A stretch of 64,000 nt of DNA from Sphaerodactylus townsendi (Eukaryota): the NCBI RefSeq assembly GCF_021028975.2, contig NC_059425.1:27838001-27902000 (forward strand), given 5' to 3'. The position numbers and the translations under genes were made by a program. The notes under the pieces were generated by a model. The model saw only the letters and a program-made list of their open reading frames with translations, ran no database searches and was not told the origin of the DNA. Of the stretch, positions 46,109-59,400 are shown piece by piece. Position 1 is the first letter of the stretch; each line of letters opens with the position of its first letter.

Positions 46109-49100
46109 CTAAAGGTCCTCCTCGCCGATGCCTTCAAAGGCAAAGTTGCCATGAAAGTCGTTGGCCCGGATGTCGGTGGAAGAGCTGGAATGGTTGATTG
46201 GCCGCAGGCTGACAGAGCTGAGCTTGCTCTGAAGGGAAAAAAGAATTAGAAACATTCCCCTCCCTTATTTTCCAGGCCCCTCCACCCCAAATGGCAGGGG
46301 GGCTGGCCTCTATGCCAAGGGAATGGCACAAGACAATGTGAACTTACCGAGACCTTTGCAATTGATTCCCTGTTGGCATCGGGAGAATCCTGGCAGGCAA
46401 GCAGATGTATTAGAGGGATGAAAGCAATAGGGAGACGCCCTCCCCCCCCCCCGCCCCCCAGCAGGGTGTAAAAGAGAGATTAGATATCTAAGGATGAAGC
46501 CCCCTTACCAGAAGTGGAGGCGACTTTACTGCCTGTTGGCTATCCGAACGCTGCAGGGCACCGTTGGCTCGCCTGCGGAACATCTGAAGGAGGAGGATCA
46601 AAGCATTGGAACACCCAATATTTGCCCCTGCTCCTCATTGGCTTTTCCAAGGTTCTAACAAGAGGAAAAACTTGCCCACATCTCCTCAAAGCCTGCCTGA
46701 GCCTCACTCTGACCTTGCGGATGCTGCCTCCTGATTTCTTCACCATCAGCTCATCCACCATGGACTGCAGGCAGATGCTCAGCATTATAGCCTGCAGGGA
46801 AAAAATAAGCAGCTAGAGTCTCCATTTTGCAATTCAGATTAGAGTCTTCTGGGTCTTTTTCTTCTGGAAACTTTTGAAAGTGCCAATAGAGATGAGGATC
46901 CTGCAAAGGTTCCCTTCCCCCCACTGACTACCTACTTGTGGACTGGTAATGGTGACCCACTGCAGGCGGTCCTTGCTCATCAGATACTCAAAGGCCAGTT
47001 CCAACTTCACTTCTGACTTGCCAGCTGTTGGGCCCGAGGTGCCGTTGTTCACAGGGACCTGAGAAACGTGCAGGGTAAGAGCCTGAGGCTTATGTACCTG
47101 TGTTGAGGAAGAAGGGGTACTAGCCAACTTCCTAGAGGCAGAGCACTTGCTGAAGGTTCTAGGATGGTTCTTTAAAATCTCCCAATAGCGGGGCTGGGAA
47201 ATACCATTCTGTGCCTGACCCAAAAGCTGTGGCCACTTGCAGCAGAGAACAAGAGCCTCAGACTAAGAAGTATTCGTAAGTTCACTCACCGAGGAAGTAA
47301 CCCGCCAGCAGCGCATGCGGGTTACTTTGAAACTCCCCTCCTTGATCTGGTCATTGGGCAGCTTGACCTGGAAGTTCAACTCACTGTTCCCAGCTCCGAC
47401 AATGACATGGCAGCCTTTCTCAGGGAAGTCAGTAATACAGGGGTCAAATTTGAGATAGCCATAATACTTGAGGGTCTGTGCCAGGCGGATGAACTGCAGG
47501 GTGAAAGAAAGGGAAGGGAGAGTTGGCCCTAGTACGCATCTGTCTGTAACTTCTGCCTGATTTCTCATTTTGACTGTCATTGAGGAAATCAAAAAGCAAA
47601 TAGCAGCTCAAAACTAAAGTCAGATAGGCTCTGCTTACAGGGCGAGGGGGCGTACCTCCTTCTTAGAGACCTTTTCCTGCAAGGACTTCAACTGACGGTG
47701 CTGTTCCTTGCTGGCAAGTATCCAGCCCCGCTCAATGTCCGCTACCGTCTGTGAAGAGATGGGCATGACGAGGAAGTAGAGACGTCTGCATTGCTTGCTC
47801 CTAACACTCCCACACCACCTACAAAATGGGAGATCCCTCTCACCTGGGCATAGAGCAGGTTCAGCCCCACCCGCTGCTCCATGACATCATCATCATAGGC
47901 AGAGTCCCAGTAGCTAGTTGAGGGAGAGAGAGAGTGCACAGGAACAGGTGACCCCTTTGCTAGATTGCATGAGGTTGCTAAATGAGGTTGTGACAGGTCA
48001 TTGCTCTTTTCATGCTGTGCTCACACTTACCTTTTCCGCAGAAGGATCTTGTACTCTGGGTTGCGGAGGCTGGTGACAGACACGTATGGCAGTTCAAATT
48101 CCTGCAGTTTCCGGATAACTGGAAGAGAAGATAGTTCAGAAAAAAGCTGGACAGGAACACATTCCCTGTAGCATCTCCCTCCACAGTTCTGGCAGGCAAC
48201 CTGCTGTTCTCCTTCCCCAGCCAGAGGACACTCACAGGAAAAGGCTCCGTCCTTGGCTTCTCGTACCAGGAAAAGGTGGAAGTAGCCAATCAAGTCCTCT
48301 GGCAGGTCCAGCTTGGAGGCTACTGCCTGAAAACAATGGGAGGGAAGTCACCATAGTCCCGTGGTGGTGAACCTTTGGCACTCCAGATGTTATGGACTAC
48401 AATTCCCATCAGGCCATGCTGGCAGGGGCTGATGGGAATTGTAGTTCATAACATCTGGAGTGCCAAAGGTTCGCCACCACCGCGCATAGTCTGAACTCTC
48501 CCTACAGCAGCTGGGGAAAAGCTGTCCTGGTCCCAGACTCTATGAAGGGAGCAAACCAGAAGATGCTGCCTTACCATACACGACTTGGGTTGGTTGTTGA
48601 ATTTGAGGACAAGAAACAGGCTCTCTCCTTTCCACTCCCCACCTAACAAGAACCAAACTGCCTGCCTCCACCTCCGCCACTCCCTGGAAGGTGCTCACCT
48701 CGAGGACATCCTCGGTCTGATCTGAGGTGAGGATGTTGATCTTGACCTTCTGCCCGTTGGACAGAAGCACCTCCAGCTGCACCTCTTCAGTGGGGATCTG
48801 CTGGGTCTCCTGAGGGCACACAGGGATCATGATCCGTTTACCTCTGCTTGCAATACTTTAACCCTTACCCCCCCCCCGCCCAAAAAGCCTGCACCTTTCC
48901 TCTTACCTGCTGAGCTTTGCGCAGGAAGCTGTTGAAGATCTCACTGCCTCCCAGCAAGTGGTCCTGTCGTACTGTGGTTCAAAAGAGAGGGCATCATCAG
49001 CCCAAAAGGTTCCACTCCCCAACCATTACGGCAGTGCCTTTGCTTAGATGTCTCAACTACCCTTTCTCCCAGAACCCTTCCAGATTTCAGCAGCTACTTA

Positions 49101-52100
49101 GAAAAGGGGGGGGGGGAAGCTTCACAGTACAGCTTCTGTTTCGCATACACAAGATCCGAAGCTCAATCCCCGGCATCTCCAGTTAAAAGCATCAGGTAGC
49201 AGGTGACGTGAAAGACTGTCAGAATAGAAAAGGCTGACATTGTTAGGTCAGCAGAAAGGCAGATTCACATCACTTACCCGCCTGCATGTACTTTTCCAGC
49301 TGCTCCCGTCGTTGCTCGACTTCTGCTGGGGTGAGAGTGAAGATCTTCTTTGGGGGGAAGGCCGGTACCACGTTGGCGCCATACTCCTTCCTTAGCTGCG
49401 GAAAGACCAGGGCACTTCTCATCACAAAACAGCCAAGAACGGCTCTCCGCTTTGCGGCTAAACATTTTGGCAGAGGGCTGATTGTAAACACTTTGGCTTC
49501 GGGAACAGAACTTAACTGTAGCGTAACCTCTGCCTCATTGCAGGCTGGTAGACAAAGAAGTCACAGAAAACACTAACATTTGCAGTTTCACAAGCCTGGG
49601 AGAAGTGCCTATAGCCTAGATACCTCACAGATCTGTTTAATGACAGATTCTAGCACCTCTCCCCCCGCCAAAGTCCTCACCTGTTCGTGCAGGCCCAGCA
49701 GCTGACTGTATCGCACCTGGCAGTGTAAGACACCGTTCACATGGATATTGTAGGCCTGCCGGGGTGAAAGAAGGTAGCATCAGATCTGCAGGCAACAGCT
49801 GGATACACAGAGTAAGGACAGGCTAACGAGACCCAATTTGGAGAGAGGGGACTCTGCCAGCTATCACCACACTTTTAATATCCTGGGGTGGTAGGACTCT
49901 AATGGGTAAGGATTCCCAGGTAAGAGATAGCCTATCAACCCCAGGACATCTCTGCCAGGAATGTGTGTGAAAGGGTTGCAGATCCCTGGCCAAACCATAG
50001 CCAAAGGCAGAGATGGCTCCGCTCCTAACATGAAGGCTCAAGAGATCCAATTAGGTTAATCAGCCTGGGCCAGAGGAGATGCTGGTGCATATAGATATTC
50101 TACTTTGCAATGGAGAATAAATGGTGGGAGACACTAATCTATGCCAGTCAAAGTCTCTTCCAAAAAAAAGCTTTGTTTTGCAACATTCCAAGTTGGGTGT
50201 TGAATGTCCAGGGTTCAATCTGATTTAAAAGACCACACTGGGTGATATGAAAGACCTCTGCCAAGACCCTGGAGGGGGTGTCAAACTCACAGCCCTCCAG
50301 ATGTTCATGAACTACAATTCCCATCAGTCCCTCCCTAAATGAGCATTGGCTATACCGGCAAGGGCTGATGGGAATTGTAGTTCAAGAACATCTGGAGGGC
50401 CTTAAGTACACCTGTGCTAGTATACACTGCTGACTTGAACAGATCAATGGTGTAATTTTTGCATAACCCAAAACTGGTGCAATATAAATACTGGGAACTA
50501 CAAAAAATAGTGCCCAGTATTGACCTTGCACGAAAAAAGTTTATCTTGCAATTTCTGCACAAGCCAGTTTCATATGATTCACACAACTACTTGCATGGCT
50601 TCTACAATAACTCTAAACACATAGTGAGACAGGAAGGAAAACAACTCTGATGAAGAGCCTGTTTCTTATCATTCCAGAGAAAGATAAAAATGACAAATGA
50701 AGCAATAGCTACATTGCACCCCTCCCCCACCCCTTGCAAGAAGATCCTCTTGAGAGGGATGGAAGCAGTTGCCCAATCCCCCCATACAGAAGCAGCAGAT
50801 AAAAGCAGCACTGATTAATGAGTAATGCTTGTTGTCCTTTTTGTACACAGACTGCATATACATAAGGCAGGAAAGGGTAAGCCAGAAAGAGGCTCTGCTC
50901 ATCCTGTTTCAAGCAGAAATAAGAGATTTTTAAAAGTACTTTTAAAAACCTACTATGTGGGAGGCTGAACACAGCTAGAGCGTAGTTACTGTTTGCCTTC
51001 TTGCAAAACTGGCGAAAGACATTTAGGCAAACTACACAAGCGTGGGTCTAGCAGTGCATGCAGAAGGCTCCTGCTTCAATCCCCAGCCTCTCTAGCAAAA
51101 GGATCTTAGATTGGAGATGTTGGGAAAGGTTTTCTCTGCCTGACTGAGCCCTGGAGAAACCACTGCCAGCCAGAGCAGACAAGTCTGGGCAAGGTAGACC
51201 AAGGTACCAGCTTTATGTGGCAGCTTCATATGTATTAAAATCAAGAAGATTTTTCGTCCCATACTGTGGTTTGGTAATTGCCATAGAAGAGCTAATTAGG
51301 GTCGGAAAGGCTGGAAAATCACAAGCACAAAACCCTCCCCTAGCCCCCGCCAGAAGGGTCACATTTCAAGAGTTACTTAGAAGACTTTTCCATGCATTTA
51401 GGGAGGGATTACAAAACGGAACTTTTTTAGAAGCGACTTTGCTTCCTCTAAATGAACGTTTTACCACTTCCCAGATGTCTTCCAGGACTACAATCACAGC
51501 TGGCTGTTATGACCTTTATGGTCTTTAGACCGTTACCTGGGAGAAATGCAGGACTACGTACACTTTTAATTAATCTTGAAGGAACACCGGAAAGCTGGAA
51601 TTCAACGGTCAGCGCAGGGATTCTTCCAGGCGCTCCACCCACCCACCCTGCACACACAATTTATAAATTACCCTGGGGAAGGATAAGCAAGAAGGGTCGC
51701 GGGTGCGACTCCAAAAAAAGCAGTTACAGGGAAGTTGCGAACGTGACTTGACGGAAAGCATGGCTAAAAACAGGACCCCCCCCCCCATGTACTTACAGGG
51801 TTTGTGTGCTGGGGGGCGGGGGAGATTCCATGCATGCAAACAGCAGCCCTTCCAGATCCGCCAATAAAGGGGTGGCCAAGCACCCACTTTCTTAACAGGC
51901 GGGTGGGAGGGGGGGACGGACCGGGGAGCCCATCGGGTGCAACCCCACACACTCCACCCTACGGTCAACAGCAGAGAGTTGGGCGTGCAAATGGGGCACC
52001 GCCTTCCCCCCTTCCCAGACCGCGAATGCCAGAAGAGGACGACGATGAAGGCTGCCTTCTCACACCCACCACGTAGGCCGCGTTGCCGCCTTCCCCGGCG

Positions 52101-52132
52101 CGGGTCTCGGTCTCCGGGATGGAGAAGTGCAT
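46109..52132 (-). CDS. SNX17: Sorting nexin-17, 15 coding exons, 471 aa
   Basis: Exons 52132-52070, 49755-49681, 49395-49278, 48971-48907, 48809-48699, 48326-48236, 48118-48031, 47913-47844, 47748-47656, 47493-47290, 47058-46936, 46791-46714, 46583-46509, 46389-46348 and 46228-46109, total 1416 nt. Start MHFSIPETE, PX and FERM-like domains, C-terminus HGNFAFEGIGEEDL. Confidence 0.98.
48358..48482. mobile_element. Short palindromic hAT MITE in SNX17 intron 5
   Basis: Near-perfect hairpin GTGGTGGTGAACCTTTGGCACTCCAGATG/CATCTGGAGTGCCAAAGGTTCGCCACCAC; flanked by CCATAGTC and GCATAGTC. Confidence 0.85.
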
Positions 52133-52490
52133 CGCCGCGGCCTGTCGCCCCGTTCCGAGGCCGCCGCTACCTCCGACCGAGGCCGGGACGGAGCCCTGCA
52201 AACCCCGCCATCTTGCACGGGCCGCGGGCAGAAGGCCGCACCATTGTGGGCGGGGAGAGGGGCGGCCACCTTACTCGCAGCCCGCCCTCCCCCTGCCTTT
52301 TGCACGGAATGGATTGTCTCGGGAAGGACCAAGGGGCCGAAGCGAGAAGGGAGCGGGGCACCAAAAACGGTGCAGTCAGAAGGCCGCGTTTCTGCTGCTG
52401 TGGGCTCTCGTCCTTCTCGGCTCCAAACTCTCGGAGAACACCTCGGGAGAAAGAGGCATTTCCTCTCGTTTATACCGCGCACCTCTCCTT
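51880..52490. promoter_or_regulatory. CpG island and promoter of SNX17
   Basis: CpG-rich around exon 1; YY1 motif CCGCCATCTT at 52205-52214; GC boxes. Confidence 0.75.
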
Positions 52491-53274
52491 GACAATACAC
52501 TCGTTGAAATCCAGAATGAAAAAAAGTCATACATCTTAAAAAGCACAAAAATGCATCACAGGCTGGTTATTGATCCAGTATATCCAACAGCGGCAGAAGG
52601 CAAAGCTCTTCTCTTTTTCATACCACCCCCCCCCTCCTGGATAGTGGGCATGGTACGTCCCTTTCAAGGGGCACCATGTGGGTGATGTTATTGACAGAGC
52701 CCCTTTGTTTTCTTGCCTGGATGTTTGGGCTCTTCTGGATCGCGGGCGATTGCGTTATTATGGGAAAGGTGCACTTCTGCTCAATGCCGCTGTTCACCAG
52801 TTATGACTAGTAGCAACTGGACACGAACTGTTAACCGTGTTGGGAAGTGGAAAGAGACAAACATTAAGAAGGAACCAGGTGAAAAATCCATCTTACCCAC
52901 CATCCTTCCTGTTTCTCGCAGAGGTCAACTAGCCACTGTGGGAAACAGGATGCATACACCGTTTGATGTCCTTTTGGCTGACATAAATAAAAGACAATAA
53001 GTGGATTGTGCTTGTGTTTTCTGATGCCTGTGTCGAAGGCAGTAGCCCTTCCCAGCTGTTAATCTCTCTATCCGGTATTTAGAGTTGTAAGACTTCTGAT
53101 CCTGGAGGTTTTCATTTAGTCAATCCTGCTAAAAGCCATGGATTTTATGTTATTCATTCATTTACTTCATTTTTTAACCCACCTTTGAGACTCAAGAAGA
53201 TTACAAACCATACAAAAATTCAGTCAGACCGCATAAGACATCCAATAAGCAATCCAACAGAACTAGGCTTGTGT

Positions 53275-53530
53275 AGGTGTGTGGGTTAAGTGCTGTCAAG
53301 TTGCTTCTGATGTATGGGGACCCCATGAATGAATGTCCTACATTTCCAGCCTTGCTGTGGTCTTGCAAACTGAGGGCCATGGATTCCTGTATAAAGTCAG
53401 TCCATCTCTTTTCCTGCTACCTTCCACTTTTCCTAGCATTAGTGACTCATGGGACTGAAGTACGATAGCCTTTGTTTAGTCATTTCAGCTTGTAGGGACA
53501 GTTCAGGCTTAATTTGATCTAGAACCCACT
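53275..53530 (-). mobile_element. RTE/BovB-like LINE 3' fragment
   Basis: GTGCTGTCAAGTTGCTTCTGA...CTACCTTCCACTTTTCCTAGCATT...GTCATTTCAGCTT pattern, recognised by recall only. Confidence 0.5.
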
Positions 53531-54433
53531 ACGATTACAGAATTAGAAAACAATGAAAAAAACCCCTGCTTTAAGGCATGACATCCCATACTGTGGAAAG
53601 TAGACTGCAAAGACAGTGCAGTAAATACAAGTTAATAAATACAATGAACGCTGTGTACAGACTGTAAGTATACCTCTCCTCCTGTGTGGATTTCTCTCAC
53701 AGTGCAATCCTGTGCAGTTACTCCAGTCTAAATCAATGGGTTTAGATTAGCCTGACTCTGCATGAGCTCAGGCCCAATGTAAACAGGATACTGGCAAGAT
53801 AAAAATAACTCACCTGCCCTACTTTTTAACTCACACGTCTTTAAACTGTGAAAGCAGCTATTTGTATATTGCAAGTATGCCTGACAATGGTAGCTCTGGT
53901 GGGTGTTACACTGGCATACTAATTATTATTTACATATTTAGTGTGTGTGAGTAGGAAACTTCTACTACATGCTATAGTGTCTGGTACAATATTTACCCTG
54001 CTCTTCCTCTAAGGATTTTCAAGCCATGTACATCAATCAGTCTCCCTTCCTGCATATTAATCTGATGACAACCCTGCAAAGTAGGTTAGGCTGAGAGTGA
54101 CTGGCCCAAGATTCATGTCAGACTGGAGACTTGAACCTGGGTGTCTCCGGTCCCAGTCTAGCACTTTAACTACTACACCACAGGAACATAAGCAAGTGTG
54201 GTTCTTTGTAGGACTGGCAGACTAGAAGTGAGAATGCGGAGTAGAATGAAGAAATCCAGCTAGCCTGGGCCATCTAGATCAGGGCTGAATAGCTCTAGAA
54301 CTGATGTTTTAGAGGGTAATAGTAATAAGACCACTGAAATCAGCTACTCTCCTTAAAAGCAGTGCTTAACCTCTCAATCAGCAGACAGCAAGGAAAAGCA
54401 TAAAATAAACTTGTGGGACAGAGTCATCCCCTC

Positions 54434-54899
54434 CAGTGGCGGAGCGCCAAGGGGATGGGGGGGTGCGTCATGCACCGGGCGCACACCTGGGGGGTGGAAA
54501 ATTGCCCCCGGCCCCTCCCCCTTTTCCCCGCGCCCCCTGTGGCACACCCCCCACCCCTCTTCCCACACTTACCTACGTTCCTTTTCTTTTTTTGTACTTT
54601 TTGAAGCTGAAAAAAGCAGCCTCTTCACAGCTCAGGCTAAAAACTGCCTGAGGAACTATACTTCCCAGGAGACCTTGGGGCTCACAAGGTCTCCTGGGAA
54701 GTATAGTTCGTCAGGCAGTTTTTTCCCTGAACTGTGAAGAGGCAGCTTTTTTCTGCCTCAAAAAGTACTAGAAATAGAAAAGGAACGTAGGTAAGTGTGG
54801 GAAGGGGAGCGGGGGGCGCCACGGGGGAGCATGGGAGGGCATGGGGGGGTGGAAAAACACACTGCGCACCAGGCGCAGCTTGGCCCAGCTAAGCCTCGG
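54434..54899. mobile_element. Non-autonomous hAT-type element with a long internal hairpin
   Basis: Starts CAGTGGCGGAGC; TSD ATCCCCTC/ATCTCCTC; inverted repeat at ~54560-54810. Confidence 0.8.
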
Positions 54900-54915
54900 A
54901 TCTCCTCAACTCTGA

Positions 54916-55210
54916 GAGCCAGCTGGTGTAGTGGTTAAGAGCAGGTGCACTCTAATCTGGAAAACCTGGGTTTAATTCTCTGCTCTGCCACTTGAGTTGT
55001 GGAGGAGGGTTATCTGGGCAACCAGATTATACACTCCAACACATGCCAGCTAGGTGACCTTGGGCTAGTCAGTTCTTTGGAGCTCTCTCAGCCCCATCCA
55101 CCTCACAGAGTGTTTGTTGTGAGGGGGGAAGGGAAAAGAGTTTGTAAGCCCCTTTGAATCTCCTTACAGGAGAAAAAGGGGGATATAAATCCAAACTTTT
55201 CCTCTTCCTC
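54916..55210 (+). mobile_element. Sauria-type SINE directly upstream of the EIF2B4 CpG island
   Basis: Same family as 24820-25116. Confidence 0.82.
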
Positions 55211-55289
55211 CTTGCTTCATTAAAATGGGGATAATCAGATCGAACCCCTTCCCATGATCGCTTGTCCAAGTTGGGAGAGCACGGAGGAC

Positions 55290-56440
55290 TAAACTGTGCG
55301 CACAGCCGTCCAGGAAACAGAATGGCGAGACGCAACCCTACCCCTACGATGGGCATCGCCGCAGTCGGCCCTAGCGGCGCTTCCCTGAAGAGCGAGTAGG
55401 CATGGGCAGGGCTGGGCGGTGGTCAGAGCAGGCGGGGTCCAGCCCCTCCAGGCGGCCACGCCCCCTTCCCGCCCAGCCTGGCGCCCTCGCAGTCCCTCCA
55501 GCAGGCGTCGCTGTCGCGCGGCTCCACGGCCAGCCATCGGCATCTATAGACCGCCTATCGGGAGAGAGAGGAGCGATGGCGACGGAGCGCAGCAGCTGCG
55601 AGGCCGGGGAGCGCGTACAGCCACTCTCGGGCGCCGAGCGGAACCAGGTATGGGACGGCGGGTGGCGGGAAGGGAGGAAGGCGCCGGTCCGCTCCGTCCA
55701 ACCCTGCGGTCTCTCTGCAGATACCCGGCGCGGAACTCTCCCGCGAGGAGAAGCTGCAGCTCCGCAAGGAGAAGAAACAGCAGAAAAAGAAGCAGCGCCG
55801 CCAGGAGGAGCCGCCGCAGCAAGGAGCCCCCCTCGCTCAACCTGCACCGGGCAGTGCGCCCCTGCAGCCGCCCCCAGGTTGCCAAGGGGGCCCTGCCCAG
55901 GGAACGAGGGAAGCCCTAGTGCAAGGGGCTGGCTGGGTGGGTGGGTGGGTGGGTGGGATGGGTGGACATAGGCCTGCCCACCTCTTCTGTCTTGGCTGCT
56001 TCAGCCTGAAGCCCCCCTGTCCTGGCTGAGGCGTCACTGTTCGATCGGGGTCCTGATCCGCAGCTTCGCTCCCCTAGGAACGGCGCCGACCCCCGCAATG
56101 GCCGTTGACAAGGCAGCCGGGGGCAAAAGCAAGGCCGAGCTGCGGGCGGAGCGGCGGGCCAAGCAGGAGGCCGACCGAGCCACGAAGGCCAAGAAAGGAG
56201 AGCAGAGCCCGGCGGCCTTGCCGGCCAAGCCTCGCCTCATTCCCAGCGAGGCCCAGCAAGGTAGGAAGGACTCTGTTCCTGCGACCCCGGCAGGCTGGAA
56301 ACGACCGTCCCTGGGCTAGCGCCTTTGACCTGGTTTTCTGTCCCATCCCCACCAGTGGTGAAGCGGCTCCCCGAACACGTGCAAGTCGATGACCCGGCTG
56401 CGCTCAAGAAACTGGCCAAGAAGCTGGAGCGTCAGCAGGT
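55290..56440. promoter_or_regulatory. CpG island and promoter of EIF2B4
   Basis: CpG-dense region covering exons 1-4 with GC boxes upstream of the ATG. Confidence 0.75.
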
Positions 56441-59400
56441 AGGGGGGGATGTTGGGGTTGAGGGGCTTGGGGTGACTCGCCTCGATCCCATAGGTTTGCT
56501 GCTTGGTTCTTTGGGTTGGGCTTAGATGTGAGAAGTAGTAGCCCTGAAGTGTACACCTGCACGTTTAGAGTGCCTTCCCCAGGATCAGTAGCAGCCAGCA
56601 CCAAAACAGTTTGTGGGGCTAGTGCCAGTCCAAGGGTGTAATTTCATGGTAGGCTTGTACTCTGCCACTTATAGATTTGAATGGGGGTGGTGAGAGGCCA
56701 GTATGTGGTCTGGGGTTGGAATTGAACTTGGAGGAGAGAGATTTGGAGGCCATAGTGAGAAGCAGGCATGCAAGAACATTGCATTTCAAAACACAAAATT
56801 GAGCAAAAGAGCCTAGGGGAGAGTTAAATTTGGGCAAGGAGCCTTTGTTGGTAGCTAGGAATTGCAGGCGACTTTCGTCTCTCTTCTTCATTCTCTGCTC
56901 AGGTGCCTTTGAGACCGGACTACGGTGCCAAAGTCAGCCTCTTCTCTCATCTGCACCAGTACAGCCGCAAAGTGTTGTTAACACAGCAGATGAGGTGGGT
57001 GCTTGCATGTGGTGACGTGTGGGCTTTGGGAACCTGCAAAGGGGAGTCCGTCACAGTGGGGCTCAAAGGAGGTGCTGAGAGCTGAGTGGCTGAAGCCGAC
57101 AGCTCTTGGAGAAGAGGGAAAGATGAACAGCACACCCTTGGCCGTCTGCCTGGATAAAGGTCCTCTCAAGACTGCAGACCTGCTCCTGGCTTGCCACATT
57201 AGCAGTCAGCAGCTAGATGCCATTAATTGCTGGCTCCCCTTGCTCTACTCAGCAAATAACTGGGAGGGCCATAGCTCAGTGAAAGAGACCCAGTTCTGCT
57301 TGCAGAAGGTCCTGGCTTCAGTTGCTGGCATTTCCAGTTAAAACAACCAGTAGGTGATGTGAAAGACCTCTGCTTGAGATCCTAGAGAGCCACAGTCAGT
57401 CTAAGTAGACAATACTGACCCTGAAGGAGCAATTGTCTGTGTAAGCATAAGACAGCTTCATGCGAGTACAGTCCTCAACAATTCAACCTTTCAAAGTCCA
57501 TTGAAATCAGTGGCCTAGGAAAACCTAGCTCTGTTTAGGGTTTCATTGAGACCGAAGCTACAAATGACAGTGTCTTGGGATCCATCCTATGACTGGTAAT
57601 GCCATTTTAGAAGCATTTGTAGTTCTTTAAAAATCGCTTTGAGGTCCTGGTCTGGCTTGCCTGCTTCTACACTTGGAAAGGCATAGGGTTAAAAACAAAA
57701 ATTGCTGGGGCCATTGCATCGTGCACCCAATCCACGTTTGGGTCTTGTGGCAATTTTTTAAAAAACTACAGTGCTTTTAAAGTGGCATCACACGGCCATG
57801 GGGTGGACCCATTGCCTCTGTCATTTTGTTCTAGCCCTGAAAGCCTTGCTGAAATAGGCCTGTCTTTCAGATTATTTTTCTGTCTGGAAGTTCTCAAAGA
57901 GGCTATTTTTTTTCCTGGTCAGGCTGCCCTGAAAATTCCAGCGAGCTGCTACTGCTCATCTTGATGCAGGTCTCTTTTAACATCACAATCCAGTCCTGGT
58001 AGTAAAAATGCCCGCTGATAATAACCCTATATGCACATTTTTCTTTTAAAATGTGTTGAGGTGGGGAGTTGTGTGTGAATTTATTTTACTGTTTCAAATG
58101 CTTGGGGGTATCGGTAGGAGGGAGCACAATGCCAAGAGCTTGGCAATGCTAAATCCAGCACAGCTAGTTGGTTTTCTGTGCCTTTTCCGTGGAGGGGAAA
58201 TAATCATAGCAGACAGTCCTCAGCAAGGTACAGAGAGCATGGCATAGTGTTTCACAGCAATTCCACTGCAGTCCAGAGTGCTGTGTTGCTGCTAACATCT
58301 TCATCACAGGCAGATGGATCTAGCTTCGCACTCTGACCCGCAAGGGCCAGGTCACTTTTTAATTCAGCTGCTTTTATTTGTTGAACCACCTTTTGGGCCA
58401 TTCCCAGAACTGATATATGAGGCACAATTAATTGTCATTTTAAAAATTTTGATAATTTTTTACCAATAGAAAAGATACAGGGGGGAAAAAGTTGAAAGCA
58501 AACAAACATACCAATTGTAACAATCTTCATAATTAAAAATAATTACAATAAACCCATAATCTTATATTATCAGAATCAAGTATAATGCATATCAAAATTA
58601 AGTGTAGGCTGGATCTGCGTTCAAAATTTTATTAGTAAGAAAGAACAAATATTAATATACTGGATAGAAACAACTTTAACTATGAATCATTTGGACAGCG
58701 AGACACAATTTTTAAAAAATGAATAAAAATAAATTGCTATAGTTTAGTAATCTCTAGTTCCCACCCCCAGCATTCCTGCGTCTGCCATCCATCCAGCAGT
58801 GGTGCGTCTTGGCCTCCAGTATTCCCAGGGCATCATCAATGGCTCCAATGCCCGTTGCATTTCTCTGTTGCATGTCTTCAAGCAGGTATGTGTGTGGGGA
58901 ACTTGTGTGGTTCTCCTTTGCTGGGAATTGAAGGAGCATTCCCAATGGTCGCTTCGTTCTTCCTCTCAGGTCATTGCAGACTACAACACCCCTGCCAATG
59001 AGGAACTCTCACGGGACCTTGTGAACAAGCTGAAGCCCTATATCAGGTGACAGGCATTGGGTGGGGGGTTGCTTTCGGACTTTGGAAAGCCAGATGTTCC
59101 TGGAGGGGGAGAGGTCTTCTGAAGGCTGGGCTGAGTGTTGCTTTCCTTTGCAGTTTTCTGAACCAGTGCCGGCCCCTCTCGGCCAGTATGGGCAATGCCA
59201 TCAAGTTCCTCAAAAAGGAGATCTCAGGGTTGCCTGGAAGCATGCGAGAGGAGGAGGTGAGTTCTGTTCTTCCCCAGGACTGTGGGATCAGAATGCCACA
59301 GGGGTAAAATACTGTCCTTTGGGGCACTTATTTGTTTAAATGCCTCATTCCCCCCCACCCCCATCAATTAGACTCCAAGCAACTTGTATCACATTTAAAA

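Noticed and set aside
51937-52685. Two 200-aa plus-strand ORFs over SNX17 exon 1
   Set aside because: Low-complexity Pro/Arg/Ala translations of a CpG island with no recognisable domain.
57960-58400. Possible intronic snoRNA in EIF2B4 intron 5
   Set aside because: No properly arranged C/D or H/ACA boxes with terminal stems could be supported by eye.
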